Assembly (NCBI RefSeq): GCF_009914755.1
Contig: NC_060933.1
Direction: 5' to 3' (one strand)
Length of the DNA: 64,000 bases
DNA from: the human T2T-CHM13v2.0 reference genome, Homo sapiens
Shown piece after piece: positions 32,977 to 50,191 of this stretch. Both the position numbers and the translations under genes were made by a program. Position 1 is the stretch's first letter. Every line of letters begins with the position of its first letter. The notes below the pieces were generated by a model. The model was not told the DNA's origin, made no database searches, and saw only the letters and a list, made by a program, of their open reading frames with translations.

Positions 32977-34231
32977 GTAAATAGTTTTCTAAAATGTAGA
33001 TGTGATTGGGATTGTCATGATTGTTTTCAATAAGTGGGTAGGGGAGATGCCTTCAATCTGAACTTAAAAATAAAATAAAATTACTCAATCCATTCAAATG
33101 TGTGGGACAGCTATATGATATCATCATGTAAGTATAGATAGTTTTTAAATTAGTTTGGCCAGAGATTTTGAAAAGCTATGTGAAGACTAAGCCAGTGCAA
33201 GGGATGCAGGAGGACCAAATGAAATGCTCAAGAGGAGGTTAAAAGTGCAGGCTCTGGAGCCAGACCACCTGGCTGCCAGCTCAGTGACCTTGGCTGTCAC
33301 ATGACCTCCCAAATCCTCGGTTTCTCCATTTGTAAAAATGTCAAGATTTTTAATAATAATTACTGAAATGCCACCATCCAGAAGCATTTTAATTGCTTAC
33401 AGTTATGAGACTGGATCAAGTTAGAAACATAAGGTAAACCCACATTTATTGAGCATCTACTATGTTCTGGGTACTGAGATAAAAAGATGAATAAGTCAAA
33501 GTCCCTCCTTTAAAGAAAGTGTCATGCAGTGCTAAAACAGTGGGGAGAGCTCTGTAGAATAAATATGTGAATAGCTAATTAGGGCTTGAGTTTCTATAGT
33601 TGGCTCTTCTATATGTTTATAGGCTTGGGCATTAGTTTTTGGCATCAAACTAACTGTGGAATTGTAGCTAAATGAAACGCCTGTTGCTTCTAAAATGTAA
33701 AAAAAAATGTCTCTTTGGAGGTTTAGGATAAACTTTTATTTACATTTATTTTAAAAGCCAAATTAAGATTCATATCCTCCTGGACAGGTTCCATCTTCTC
33801 ATCTTCCCCAGAAGGTCCCAGAAAGAAGATCCTGACACACAGCCCCTGCCCTCTTTACTCTGAGATATTCTAGTTCTATTTTGGATTTTATTTCATCACA
33901 GTTTAAGGAGGTTGGATGATAATGGGCTGGTATTATTGTGAACCGTTGCTCTCTTGTTCAGACAGTCCTCACTCACATAGGAGAACTGACCATATGTGTA
34001 GCTCTGATGTTTTAAAAATACACACTTCCCAGGAAAGAAAAACATTGTCATTTTTGGGAAACATACTCCCCCATTTTCAGTCCATTTATTCAGGTATGAC
34101 TTTAGTATAAGTTAACACCTACTATTTCATCTTTAGTGAAGAATCATTTAATTTATTCCTTTATGTAAAATTTATGGATGTTTCCAAATATGGTCAGAAT
34201 CTTGGAAAAAGCTGTTTAAAATGCTTACAGT

Positions 34232-34370
34232 AGCCAGTCACCGCAGCTTGTTCCTGTGGTCCCAGCTACTTGGGAGGCTGAGGCAAGAGGATCACTTGAG
34301 CCCAGGAATTTGAGTTCAGCCTGGGTAAAATAGTGAGACCCTGTTTCTTACAAAACAAAAACAAAAAACA
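34232..34370 (+). mobile_element. FLAM or Alu monomer
   Basis: Single arm with (AAAAC)n tail. Confidence 0.75.
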
Positions 34371-34659
34371 GTACAATGAATTTAGAGGAAGGAGGAGGTT
34401 TTTTTTTTTTTGAAATTTGATAAGGAAGATAATTTCTTTACTTAGCATCAGTTTTTTAGTATACTGTTGCCTTGTCAAAAGAATTTATAGGTAACATACC
34501 TGTCTGATGTCTTTAAGACAGCCTCTACTATTTCAGTTGTTGCCAAAAAGTCTTCTGTATAATTAAGGCAGGGGAAGGTATCATCATCACACCAGAGTAA
34601 ACAATAGCTGACTCCTGTTGAACAACCTGTGCCTAGCCCAGAACTTTATGTTGAGCTGT

Positions 34660-35130
34660 GATGGCGTGGTAGTGAAAAACATGAACGCTACAGGTGAGCT
34701 GCCTGGATTCAGGTCCCTGCTCCACCACTTGCTGTGTGACTTGGAACAAGATCCTTACCATCTCATTTTTCTGCAAAGTGAGAATAATAGTAATGCCTGC
34801 CCTATGGTGCTGATTGAGAATTAACTGAATTAATACATATAAAGTGATTGCCTCAGTGCATAATGCACAGTAAATGCTACCTAAGTGTAAACTATTAATA
34901 TCATATATGCGTCTTATTGTGTGCCAGGCAGTCTTCTAAGCACTTTGCACACTAACCGATTTAATCTTCATCAAAGCTGTCTACTAAAAGGGGCACTCTT
35001 ACTACTCTAACAGCTTTAAGGAGAGGAAACTGAGGCACAGAAGGGTTGAGTGACTGGCTTATGGTCACATAGCTATAAGCGATGAAGCTGGGATTTGGGC
35101 AATTAGGGCCCAGAGACTGCATGTGTAACC
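34660..35130. mobile_element. Two MIRs in opposite orientations
   Basis: ccacttgctgtgtgacttggaacaag and gaggaaactgaggcacaga cores. Confidence 0.7.
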
Positions 35131-35820
35131 TTTACAATATTTTATCTAATACTAACAGCATGTCTCTGTTCTTACCTCCTTATCACAGATGAGAAAATTA
35201 AGGCTTGTAGCATTTAAGCCTGTTTATTTCTGGTACTAATGCATTTGCAACAATAGCAAAAAGCTTTGCTACAATTGTTATTTTTGATTTCAAGACTCTG
35301 AAGCACTTGAAGAGTATTGCTCATGGTGCATTCCTTAAGTAGACATGACAGGAACCAACTGAATTAATGATCACCAACAAAAGCCAGTGTTTGCAATTTC
35401 ATCAAAGCATAAGACAACTGTTCTTTTTCCTGGCTTTCAAAAAGGAGAACACGCGTGTCCTAACAAGGTTACACATGCATAAAAAATATGTCCAAATTAC
35501 CCTGTCAGAGATAGGTATTTATACTTATTTTCCTTGTTTTGTATTCGAATACAGCTAGTTCTACCTGTCTTGTGTCTGAATGCCTTCGGGGATAGTTATA
35601 ATTTAACATGATTCTGTATAATAAAGAAAACCCACAAAGCAAAAAAATGCCAACATGTTTGTCTCATCAAAGTAAAAATGTTTATTGCCCCAGGAATACT
35701 TCAGACATTTGGAATGATTGGGCAAGAACATCCTAAGCATTCTCACTGATAAGGATTTAAATTCGTGTCATGTTCCTTGCTCATGATTAGGGGTTGTTTT
35801 GTTGTTTTACCCAGTAATAA

Positions 35821-35922
<102 letters not shown>

Positions 35923-35979
35923 TAAGTTACTTTTTTTCCACTTTTTGTATATAAATATTAATTTTATATTGCTAGTTTT

Positions 35980-36472
35980 TAAATATTTCTTAATACTTTG
36001 AACAGTTCTAGGTTTACAGAAAAATTGCATGGCAAATAGAGTTCTCATGTATGCCTTCCTTATCCCCACTCCATATCACACACACAGTTCCCCCTATTAT
36101 GAACATCTCACTTTAGTGTGGTACATTTGTTACAGTAGCTGAGCCAATATGGATATGTTGTTATTAACTAAAGACCATAGTTTACATTAATGTTTACTTT
36201 TTGTGTTGTATATTCTATGGGTTTTGACAAATGTGTAATGACATGTATATGCCTTTACAGTATCATACAGAATTGTTTCACTGCCCTAAAAATCCTCTGT
36301 GTTCCACCTGTTCATCCTCCCTCCCTGGCAACCACTTTCCTTTTTTACTGTCTCCATAATTCCACCTTGTTCTTCAATGTCTTTTTGTGGCTTGATAGCT
36401 CATTTTTTTTATTGCTGAATAATCTTTCATTGCATGGCTGTACCATTGTTTATTTATCCATTAACTTACTGA
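35980..36472 (-). mobile_element. L1MC-like 3' fragment
   Basis: aggtttacagaaaaattg...tgttgtatattctatgggttttgacaaatg. Confidence 0.75.
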
Positions 36473-36509
36473 GAAAGAAAGTTCTATTTTAAACATAAAG
36501 AATAGACTG

Positions 36510-36731
36510 CAAGCTTGCCCAACCCCTAGCCCGTGGGCAACATGGAGCCCAGGATGGCTTTGAATGTGGCCCAACACAAATTCATAAACTTTCTTAAAAC
36601 ATTATGAGGTTTTTTTTTTTGCGATTTTTTTAAAGCTCATTAGCTATTGTTAGTGTTAGTGTATTTGATATTTGGCCTGAGATAATTCTTCTTCCAGTAT
36701 GGCCCAGGGAAGCCAAAAGTTTGGGCACCTG
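36510..36731. mobile_element. MER30
   Basis: gcccaggatggctttgaatgtggcccaacacaaattc...ggcccagggaagccaaaag. Confidence 0.8.
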
Positions 36732-38121
36732 GAATAGAGCCTTTTTGTTGTCTTCTAATTCTGATGAATTCCCAGGGGGAAAAATTAAGTGAATTGAAAC
36801 CTGGCCTCAGCTTCAGAGGTGGCATTCGAGTTTATGACCAAGAAATAAATTACTTGCTGGCCTTCCAGTAAGGGATCTTTCTCTCCTGGATTAATCAAAC
36901 CTTCTGTGACATTGTTCTGAGCTTTTTCTCTCCATGCCATGGACCTGGACAGCACTCTCTCATGAGAAACATCTATGCACATTGAAATTCTCAGCCTGCA
37001 TGGGTGTACCTGTTGGGGAGTGAGATGTGGACTCTCTACAGATTAGGGCACACCCCACTAGAGACACGTCACAGAACCTTTGACAAGACATTAGTAGTTT
37101 AAAATTCTGATAGCCTCACTCCTCCTATACCTCAGTAAGAATTACTATTCTATGGGGTAAATGATGAAAGACTTTGAGGATTGGGTTTTATCTAGCTCCT
37201 GGAAGGGTGCCATTGAGTTTGTGCTGAGGTTTTCTGGAGTAATGTCAATATGCACACATTTTCAGCAGCAGAAAAAGAGAAAGCATTCATTATTAAAAGT
37301 TATTAAGAGAAAGTTAGATGCCAATCCATCATCTGTTCTAAAATGAATGGAAAACAAAGTTTGCTGGGCAGTCAGATAAAATTATGGTTTGCTGATAATA
37401 AATAAAAGATTTCAGAACAAGTTGTTCTCAAGTTTTTAAATGCTATCATTAGAGGTACTTTCTGGACATTAAAGATCTAAAAAAAATCTGAGAAGGAACA
37501 AATAGAAAGATCCATTTTGATACATTTGGTTTTCAGATTTATTTTCTATTTCGGGCTTGTCCACTTTTTCATTTCTCATGGCAATGCACGCTTCTTGGAG
37601 TAGTGATTTTTCTTGATCTTGCACAAATGTAAGAGAAAAAAATGACTCTTTTTGGAATACTCGTTGAAATTTTAGAAATAATTATGAAACACAAATCACT
37701 CAGTTTCACTCTAGACAGATAATCATCATGAACATTTGATGTCTGTCCTTTGAATAGTGTTGGGTTTTTTTGGTATATATTTGCGTGAAAACTAAATAAG
37801 ATTATAATATCATTTTTGTAACATGCATTTTCAGTTTTCACAGTAAAGAGTGATTCTCTTCCTTTGCTATTAAATATGCTTCCTCAATACAATGATTGAT
37901 GATTGCATAATATATTTATACCAAAATTTATTTAACCAATTTTAATATTTAGGTGATTCCTTCCTTTTCAGTGTTGTGCTTAAAATGCAAAAACATCCTT
38001 CTCAGGAAAAATTTGTACATATTTATGATTTTTTTCTTTGGAATTAATTCCTACAAGAGGAATTTCTATGTCAAAGGATATGCACAAATTTAAAGATTTG
38101 GAATACTAGATCAAACATTAT

Positions 38122-38761
<640 letters not shown>

Positions 38762-40949
38762 TTATTGACACTACATGCATGAATCCTCAAGAATATTAGA
38801 TGTTATAATTTATCAACATTTCCAATTTTATTTGATAAAAGGTTGTCTTTTTTTTCATTTTCTTTTACTATTAGATTAGGCATCTTTCTTCTATATATTT
38901 CTTGGCCATTTTTTATTTTTCCTGGTGCTCTGCTTATTCGTGAAATTTGTGCATCCCTATTAATGTATTTGTCTAGTCTGATTTATTTTTATAAGCACTT
39001 TATTTGTTAAAGATATTAACCCTTGTCTACCATGTATTAAAAATGTCTTCCCCAGTATGCCTTTTGTCTTTTAAAGTTGTTTTTAATTTTCAACATTCAG
39101 AATTATTTATGTCATTAAATCTATATTAATATTTTTCCTTATGTTTAATTTTGGCATCATGCTTAAAATTTGATTCACAAACTTATTATTATTTTCTAAG
39201 AGTATGGGATTAAAGCATTAATCCAGATCATTAGCCACTTGACTGTTGCTTCTGTTCCCTTATGTGTCTCCATTTGTTTTTATCTTTTCTACAGAAGCAA
39301 TGGTTACCCATATATTTATTATATGCAAGTTTTTGCATCTTGTTCCCCTAAAAAAGAAAGGAATATGTGTTTTAATTTTATGTTTGGCAACATTCTAGGG
39401 ATGGGATTACCATTGGCCCACTTCTCTGCACCCCTGTGTAATGGAGCAGTTCCCTTCTTAACGGTCACCTAGTGGACAGGGAGAAGTGTACAACTTCAGA
39501 ACTCATTGTCAGTTTCTGGCAAGCTTTCTTGTAGAAAAGTTGCATCTCTTTCTATCCCTCTGCCTCATTCTCTTGCACTCTGAATCTAACACTCTGCCCA
39601 TGAAAACTAAAATTCCTAGCACACACTCCTCCCAGGGATCATTCTGTCTCTATATGCACCTGTCGTATTTTATCTGTGGGGAGAATCCAGTACACTATTG
39701 CCAGATGTCCTTCATCTCCCAACCTCACACAGTACATTTTTAGCTTATTGTTTTCTGTGAGTTGTATCTGTATTGTTTTAGAATGATGGTAGAAGGAGAA
39801 GGACAAGGAGAAGGTGGTGATTCATATAAATGAAACCAGCTGGAAGCTGTGATGCTTTCATAGATAAGCCACTATTATGAAGAAGGAGACTTCAGATTTC
39901 TGTATAGACACTGACCAGGGACTCGTGGGCAGGAAGGTGTGCAACACCTTCTTATCTTTATTCAGTGAGTTCCCCTTTGGGGAGACAAAGTTTGGTACAT
40001 CCTTCTCTTTCCAGCTCCATCTGATCCACAGAGGTTCTGTCCAGATTCAGGCATTAAGTTATCTCTTCATTTGGATGAGTTTCCAGTTTTTCTGTGTCTT
40101 CATAAGTGGTTTACTAGAAAGTCGGAGGAGGATGCAATAGGGGTTGCTGGCCATTTGTTAATTAGTGATTAATTATTTAGCTCTCCTTTAATTGGTTATG
40201 TGCCAAATCATGTATGATTGTTTTGAAAGAAATCAAGTAATATGGAGGTGCATTAAGGAAAAGGCAAATCTCATGCCTCACTACTTACCAGTGTCCTACC
40301 CTTCCCTTAACTCACTCTTCACTGCGTAAAGCCCAGCTGTGTAGCTTCCAGATCTTTTCATACCCTCACAAAAAATATTTGTCTATTTATATTTTTCACA
40401 TAAAGATATATGTATTAATGTATGTACTTATATATTACAAACATTTCTTTAAAATAACTGTCCATGTCAGAGCTATATCCCATTCTACTGAAATGCTGCC
40501 TAGTATTCAAAGGGTGAAGGAATGTGTCATAAGTTATTGAAACTAAATGACCATTTTGGTTGTCACCATTTTTCATAATTGCAAATAATACTGAAACAAA
40601 CATATCTGCACATTTGCCCCATACATGTGTGTGAATATTTCTGAGGGTAGAAATGAAGCCAGTGTACATGGTATGCTCTGATAGGTACTGCCAAATTCTT
40701 CTCCAGAAAAGTCGTGCTGTTTCATTCCATTACCAACTGGGCATTAAACTGGCGTGTTCCCATATTCTTGCCAGTGCTGGATATTATTTATTAAAATAAA
40801 ATTTCAGTTCCTCCAGTCTTCTTTTAGTTATTATTTTAATCTGGAAGCTATTACACCTACTTTCTGAATACAGTTTCCTATCACCAAGTTTCCTTTCCTT
40901 ATGTGTTCTAAAATCCCAGTTAAATATGCACTTAACCATACAACCGTAA

Positions 40950-41690
<741 letters not shown>

Positions 41691-44489
41691 GTAGTGCCCA
41701 TGATGTAAAATCTGCCTTGGACCATTACATTAGAAGAAATCAATTCCAGTTATCCCAATATTCCCTCCAAGTGAAATACTTTGGTAGCATATATAATAAT
41801 AATTCAATAAGTATTAGCTATTATATTTATTAAGTAGTACCTATCAGAAAACATACTTATATTAGCATGTCAAAGGAATGAACACAAAATTCTCTCCCAT
41901 ATATTGAACGCACCATGGAGGGGGGACCTGCCTTCCTCTGGAGGACCATACTTAGTGAAGCCACTTTGCCTTATAAGGACATGCCTTTGTTATCCAGAAC
42001 CAAGCAGTCAAACACTGATTTAGTTAGCTCCTTTATTTCTCAGTTATCTCCTGCTGATATTACATTTCTCCATAATATCTAGAGATAGGCTTTTATGTCC
42101 TTGCTAGCTGTGGTAATGGTTTTGAATCCCACTTAGGGGGCAGAGGAGTAGAGTAATGGCCACTTGTGTTCCCTCCCACCCTCATCATTCTACAGGGCAT
42201 TTGCCACTCAAGTACTGTAATTGAGACATTTAAATCATACAAATAATGCTGCCCATGAAGGATAGAGGAAATTTTTAGATTTCCTTTTAAACCTAACAGA
42301 GAAAGATTAAGTTACATAAAAATGTAAAATACATGATCTCCAGTACATTGAAGGAAATGTATTTTCTTACTTGAAATGTTTGTGTTACTTAGACTGGAAG
42401 ATTTATTAAATGATTTCCATTCTATCACTCATGTTTACAGCACCAAATTTGGTGTCCTTGTTCTAAAAACAATAGTACTTTTCTCCCCATGACTTTTGAA
42501 AATGATTACTGGTTTACTGATTAGCATGGCGCCATGTTTGCTTGTTTGTCCAACCTTTTATCTGCATATTTTGATAATGTTGTGTGGATTAATATTTGAT
42601 GACATCCTTTGGGTGATATTAACGATTTTAAGCTTTATTTCTTCTGTCATTTTCTCTAAATGAACCAAAGAGGGATAAACTTCAGAATGTTTTTGATGCC
42701 TGGTGGAGAGCTGAACTCTTAAGAAATTAAACTTGTTTACATACTATATTTATTCTTGCCGCAGAGACAGTGAAACATTTCATGAGTGTTATGGGCAGCA
42801 TCATAAAAGCCTTTAGACTTTGTTTTTCATCTGGGGTGATTAAGGTAATTCTGAAGGAAGGTTGAGCTCAAGGAGAGCTGAGATATCAAGGAATGGGGTA
42901 TCATCTGTTTTATTACTCCATATTTTACTCCCAGTGAAGTGGTAAACAATTAAAATTCAAACACATCAGTGCATATAATTCAGTTACTCCCAGAACACCA
43001 TAAAAATGTTTCCCTGATCAATAATTGCTTATTATTACATGCATTTGTTGTGCTAGCTGTCAAGGTGCTTAGCTATTTGCTTTCTAAAAGTATGAAAAGC
43101 ACGCCCGGCTCATCAGCCTATGTGGTAACAAAGAGCAATCCAGCTGTGGATGTCACAGAGCCACTCTTGACCTGTTGTGCATAGACTCCCTCCCCACAAA
43201 TCCAAACCCACTAAGACTCTCCAGGCTCTGTTAACACACACCAGCCTGGTTCAGCTTGGATGCCCTCCTCACACCATGTGGGTTCTGATTTTCCATGCCA
43301 GGCAGTCCATCTTAAATGGATGCATCCTCACCGTGTTTGGGCTTCAACTTCCTATTCTGGACCTCCTCGGCTACTCCCTACCCCAAGGCATGGAGGGCTG
43401 CCTTGTTCTGATGCACCTTATGATTTTAGCACCAAATTGTACAGGAAGGGAGAGAAGGGAAAGGAGAAAGAAGATGTGAAAGGAAAGAGAGGGTAGGGAA
43501 GAGGAAAAAGAAGATGAGGAACACGTATTATTTTCTAATCCTCACAATAGGTCCTCAAAATGAGCAACATTTCCCCCTATTTCATACTTGAGGAAGCTGT
43601 GACTCAGAGAGACTAAGGCACTTGCCCAAGGTCTCTTAGTACATTAAGGAGCCAGCGTCTGCACCCAGTTCCTTCTGACTCTAGAGCCTGGATTCTGCTG
43701 GCTGCACCACACTGTCTTTAAAGAGAACACTCTCAAAACATGCTTGGTCTTTGGATTGTCTCAAATGTGTTAGAATAGTGTTTTAAGAAAAGGAATGCAG
43801 ATCTCCTGGGAAGCAATAGGTCGAGTTCATTTCATGAGAATCATTTTTCTAGCCATTGGCCTACTTCCCCATTTTTCTCCTGTCTGCATCTAGGTGCAAC
43901 AGGAACTTGGCTTTATTTGACTCCATTGCCAGGGTGGGGTAATGAAGCTGGGACTCTCTTGTAGCCAGCGGCAGTGAGCCAGCAGTCTCACTGCCTACCC
44001 AGTGATGGTTCCTTCTGTGGCCAGCACTTCTGGAATGAGTCATCTTTACATGTTTGCCAACCCTTGTCCTCTCCTCCCCAGCCAGGTTCACCCTTGCTGC
44101 TGTCAAGGAGCTTTGAGACTTTCTGAGATTTTTAAATGGGGAAGTAGATGTTAAACCTAGTATGAGGAAGAGAGGGAAAGTTTGCTCTGGTTTCAAACAC
44201 ACAGTCATAGAAGATGCTAGTCTTAATGCTTTCCATAGCAAAAACCCTGAAGGCTTAGAGTGTACACATTGTGAACTGAACTTTTAACATTATTGTGTAA
44301 CTCATTTGTTAATGCCTATTTGTCATTGACTGTGGGGTCCATGTGAAAAACTCCCACAAACACTCTAACAAAATGGAAGACAGAAAAGAAAGCAAGCATC
44401 ATTTGTGTACAATAGCCAAAGAACAATAGCCAAATAAATTTGATGGTCTCAAAAGTTAAGCATCTTTTGAAGAGAAAATTTGATTTTAG

Positions 44490-44849
<360 letters not shown>

Positions 44850-44963
44850 TTAAAGCTGGGGAAAATATCTTAGAATTCACCTCATGTTCATGCTTTACCC
44901 TGTGAAGAAACAGAGGCACAGAGAGAAATAACTTGAGGATAATGGAAACAAGCACACATCTGT

Positions 44964-44965
<2 letters not shown>

Positions 44966-45000
<35 letters not shown>

Positions 45001-45017
45001 AGAGAGAGAGAGAGAGA
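44966..45017 (+). repeat. Compound (TG)n(AG)n microsatellite
   Basis: Direct reading. Confidence 0.92.
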
Positions 45018-45705
45018 TGTTCCCTTGTAAGTAAACACTCTTGGAAATAGCCGCATTTTATTATAACACAAAAAGTAATGCTAAAGCTGATATAGTTCTG
45101 GTTGCTAAGCTTCACACACAAAAGGTCTTTAGGTAGCTGCTTCCTAATTTTTATTTCTGTGGCCCAAAAGTCTCCTTGTAAACCTTCGTGTCATGTCATA
45201 CTAAACCTTTGACATCAATACCCTTTAAAATGTACAGGTCCTTAAAAAAAAAAAAAAGGCAAAGGGCAAATACTAATGTGGGAAATTTGAATTTTAATTA
45301 ACTGTTTGTTTCAATGTTAGGATAAATTAATGTTAGATAAATTCTTTGGTAATTTTTCCCCCTAAAATTGGATTTTTCAAGAAACATCACTGGTTCAGTA
45401 TATTGTTATTTGGGGTAGCATAATTTTAGGCGATAACTTAATATTTGCATATATTTGTCACTACTTTGAGTTGGTTTTTGTCCCCTGACCCCCAGCCAGG
45501 ATGTTAGATCACACAGATTTTTTTTTCTTTGAGCCCTTAGGGAGAGTCCAAAACAGTCACTTCATGTACTAGGAAAGTTTACCCAGTCAGCACACACAGA
45601 TATGTTGTTGCCTACATTTATATTTGTGAGAGTGACTGTTAAGAAACTAGCAGGTTTATGAAATCCGTGTGAGAATTTCTCTCAAATAACTGTTAATGGA
45701 CAATC

Positions 45706-45920
<215 letters not shown>

Positions 45921-46084
45921 TGAAATCGTTTTTGGATGTTTAGTCTTATTTCCTTATTCAGAGTTCACCTGTTTATTTTTTTTTTCATTTCCCCAATTTA
46001 GCCTGCGTTTCACCCAGCCCTAGCAATATAGGTTTGGGTCAGAGAAATTCAAGCGGCCAGGGGATGCTGAAGATGGCCCATTAT

Positions 46085-46414
<330 letters not shown>

Positions 46415-46769
46415 TCACCAAGCTAGTCTTATCTCTTTTCTAGGCTAATTCTTGTTTTTTGTTTGGCTCAAAACAAATTGTTTGTCTTCAGAACACAATA
46501 AAATCCAGGGAGAGTGTCCTGTTCTTCCTACAGACGTCACTGGGACATCTTATTCTTTAATTAATTCAGTCAACTAAAATTGGTCAAATACCTGCTCTCT
46601 GTGCCAGAGTTATAAACTTTGTATTTGTATAATTGCTAGTAGCTCTCTTACATTTCTTACTTTATCTATCTGGCATTTGATCTACCTAATACCTTCCAAT
46701 ATCACCTCATGTCCCTTTACCAGCTTGGTGGTTTTTCTATAGTTCAGGAAATCAAACAAAATGGTGTGT

Positions 46770-49700
46770 GACCTGGAGGTACTAGAAAAACAATAGCAAA
46801 CCAACTCCAAAGCCAGCAGAAGAAAAGAAATAACCAAAATCAGAGCTGAAAAAAATTAAAACGTGAAAATCCATACAAAAGATCAATGAAACCAAAAGTT
46901 TGTGATTCAAAAAAAAAACAAGGTTGATAGATCACTAACTAGATTAATAAAGAAAACAAGAGAGAAGATCGATCCAAATAAGCACAATCAGAAATGACAA
47001 AAATGACACTACAACTGATGCCTCAGAAATATAAAAAATCCTCAGAGACTGTTATAAATACCCCTATGCACACAAACTAGAAAACGTAGAAGAAATGGAT
47101 AGATTCCTGGAAACACACAAGCCCCCTAAAATTGAAGCAGGAAGAAATTGAAATCTTGAACAGACCAATAATGAGTTCTGAAATTGAATCAGTAATACAA
47201 AACCCACCCCAAAAAGCCCTTAATCAGATGGATTCACAGCCAAATTATACCAGATATACAAAGAAGAGCTAGTACCAATCCTACTGAAATTATTTCAAAA
47301 ATTCAAGGAGGAAGGACTCCTCTCTAACTCATTCTGCAAAGCCAGCATCATTCTGATACCAAAACCTGGGAGAGACACAGCAGAAAAGAAAACTTCAGGC
47401 CAATATCCCTGATGAACATCGACACAAAAATCCTCAACAAAATACTACAAACCAAATCCAGCAGCACATTGAAAAGTTAATTCATCACAATCAAGTAGGC
47501 TTTATTCCTGGGATGCGAGGTTGGTTCACCATACACAAATCAATAAATGAGACTCATCACATAGACAGAATTAAAAACAAAAACCACAGGATAATCTCAA
47601 TAGACACAGAAAAGGCTTTTAACAAAATTCAACATCCCTTCATGTTAAAAACCCTCAACAAATTAGGCATTGAAAGAACATACCTCAAAATAATAAGAGC
47701 CATCTATTATTCAACTATCCACAGCCAACATCATACTGAGTGGGCAAAAGCTGGAAGCGTTCCTCTTGAGAACTGGAACAAAACAAGGATGCCTACTCTC
47801 ACCACTTATATCAACATGGTACTGGAAGTGCTAGCCAGAGAAATCAGGCAAGAAAAAGAAATAAAAGACATCCCAACAGGAAGAGAGGAAGTCAAACTAG
47901 CTCTGTCACAGTGCAGGCAATATAATTCTGTACCCAGAAAACACTGCAGACCCTGCTAAAAGGCTCCTAGAACTGATAAACAACTTCAGTAAAGTTTCAG
48001 GATACAAAATCAATGTACAAAAGTCAATAACATTTCCACACACCAATAATGTCTAAGTTGAGGGCCAAATCAAGAATGCAATTCCATTTATTTTATCCTT
48101 TTGAATAAAATACCTAGGAATACAGCTAATCAAGGAGGTGAAAGATCTCTACAATGAGAATTATGAAACACACTGAAAGAGATCAGAGGTGATACAAACA
48201 AATGGACAAATATTCCATGCTCGTGGATAGGAAGAATCAATATTATTAAAACAGCCATAGTGCCCAAAGAGATTTTTAGATTCACTGCTATTCCTATCTT
48301 AATTAGCAACATCATTTTTTCACAGAATTAAAAAAAAAAAACCTATTCCAAAATTCATGTGGAACCAAAAAACCTGAATAGCCAAAGCAATCTTAAGCAA
48401 AAAGAACAAAGCCGGTGGCATCACACTGTGTGACTTCATACTACACTACAAGGCTACAGTGACCAATACAGCACAGTCCAGGTACAAAAACAGACACGTA
48501 GACCAATAGAACAAGATAAAGAACCAGAAATAAAGCTGCACGCCTACAGCCATCTGATCTTTGACGAAGTTGACAATAACAAGCCATGAGGAAAGGTCTC
48601 CCTATTCAATAAATGGTGCTGGAGCAACTGGCTAGTCATATACAGAATATTGAAATTGGACCCCTCCCTTTAATCATATACAAACATTAACTCAAGATGG
48701 ATTAAGGACTTAAATGTAAGACCTAAGATTACAAAAACCCTAGAGAAAAAAACTGGGAAATACTATTCTGGCCATTGGCCTTGGTAAAGAATTTATGAAT
48801 AAGTCCCCAAAAGCAATGGTAACAAAAACAAAAATTGACAAGTGGGACTTAATTAAACTAAAGAGCTTCTGCACAGCAGAAGAAACTATCAACAGAGTAA
48901 ACTGATAACCAACTGAATAGGAGAAAATATTTGCAAACCGTAAATCTGAAGAATGTCTGATATCCAGAATCTATAAGGAACTTAGATAATTCAACATGCA
49001 AAAAACAACCCCATTTAAAAATGGGCAAAGGACATGAACAGATACTTCTCAAAAGAAGACATACATGTGGCCAAAAAATATATGAAAAAATGCTTAACAT
49101 CACTAATCATTAGATAAATACAAATCAAAACCACAGTGTGATACCAACTCACAACAGTCAGAATGCCTGTTATTGAAAAGTCATAAAATAGACTGGGCAT
49201 GTGGCTTATGCTTGTAATCCCAGCATTTTGGGAGGCTGAGGCAGGAGGATTATTTGAAGCCAGGAGGTTGAGACCAGCCTGTGCAATGTAGCAAGACTGT
49301 GTCTCTACAAAACATCAAAATAAATGGAAAAAAAAAAAGAAAAAGAAAAAGAAAATTAACTGGGTATGGTGGCGTGTACCTATACTCTCACCTACTGGGA
49401 GGCTGAGGTGGGAAGATTGCTTGAGCCTAGGAATTCAAGGCTGCAGTGAGCTATAATCACACCACTGCACTCCATCCTGGGTAGCAGAACGAGACCCTGT
49501 CTCAAGAAAAAAAAAAAGGCAAAAATTAACATGTTGGAAATTAGTTCAGTCACTATGGAATGCAGTGTGAAGATTTCTGAAAGAACTTAAAACAGAACTA
49601 CCATTCAACCCAGCAATCCCACTACTGGGTCTATACCCAAAGGAAAATAAATTGTTCTACAAAAACGACACATGCACTCGTATGTTCCTCACAGCACAAT

Positions 49701-50191
49701 TCACAATAGCAAAGACATGGAATCAACCTAGATGCCCATTGACAGTGGACTAGATAAAGAAAATTTGGTACATATACACCATGAAATACCACACAGCCAT
49801 AACAAAGAACAAAATCATGGGGTTTTTTTTGCAGCAACATGGATGCAGCTGGAGGCCATTATCCTAAACGAATTAACACAGGAACAGAAAACCAAATACC
49901 ACATGTTCTTATTTATAAGCAGGAGCTAAACATCGGGTAAACATGGGCATAAAGATAACACGGTAGACACCAGGGATTACTAGAGAAGGGAGGATGGAAG
50001 CAGGTGTGGGTTGAAAAACTGCCTATTGAGTACCATGGTCACTATGTGGGTGACGTCAGTATCATGCATATATCAAACCTAAGTGACATGCAATTTACCC
50101 ATGTAATGAATTTGCACATGTATCCCTTGAACCTAAAATAAAAGTTGGAAAAAAATAAAAGATAAGATATCCCGTATCCTCAATAAAAATA
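46770..50191 (+). mobile_element. 5'-truncated older primate L1 (decayed ORF2 RT and C-terminal region plus 3' UTR) with an AluJ at 49191-49518
   Basis: ORF 47513..47959 reads [10 protein letters not shown]...[26 protein letters not shown] (L1 RT). TSD aaaatgg(t/c)gtgt at 46758 and 50192. Confidence 0.93.

Noticed and set aside
47513-47959. 148-aa reverse-transcriptase-like ORF
   Set aside because: It is a fragment of a frameshifted, 5'-truncated L1 ORF2 and cannot encode a functional enzyme
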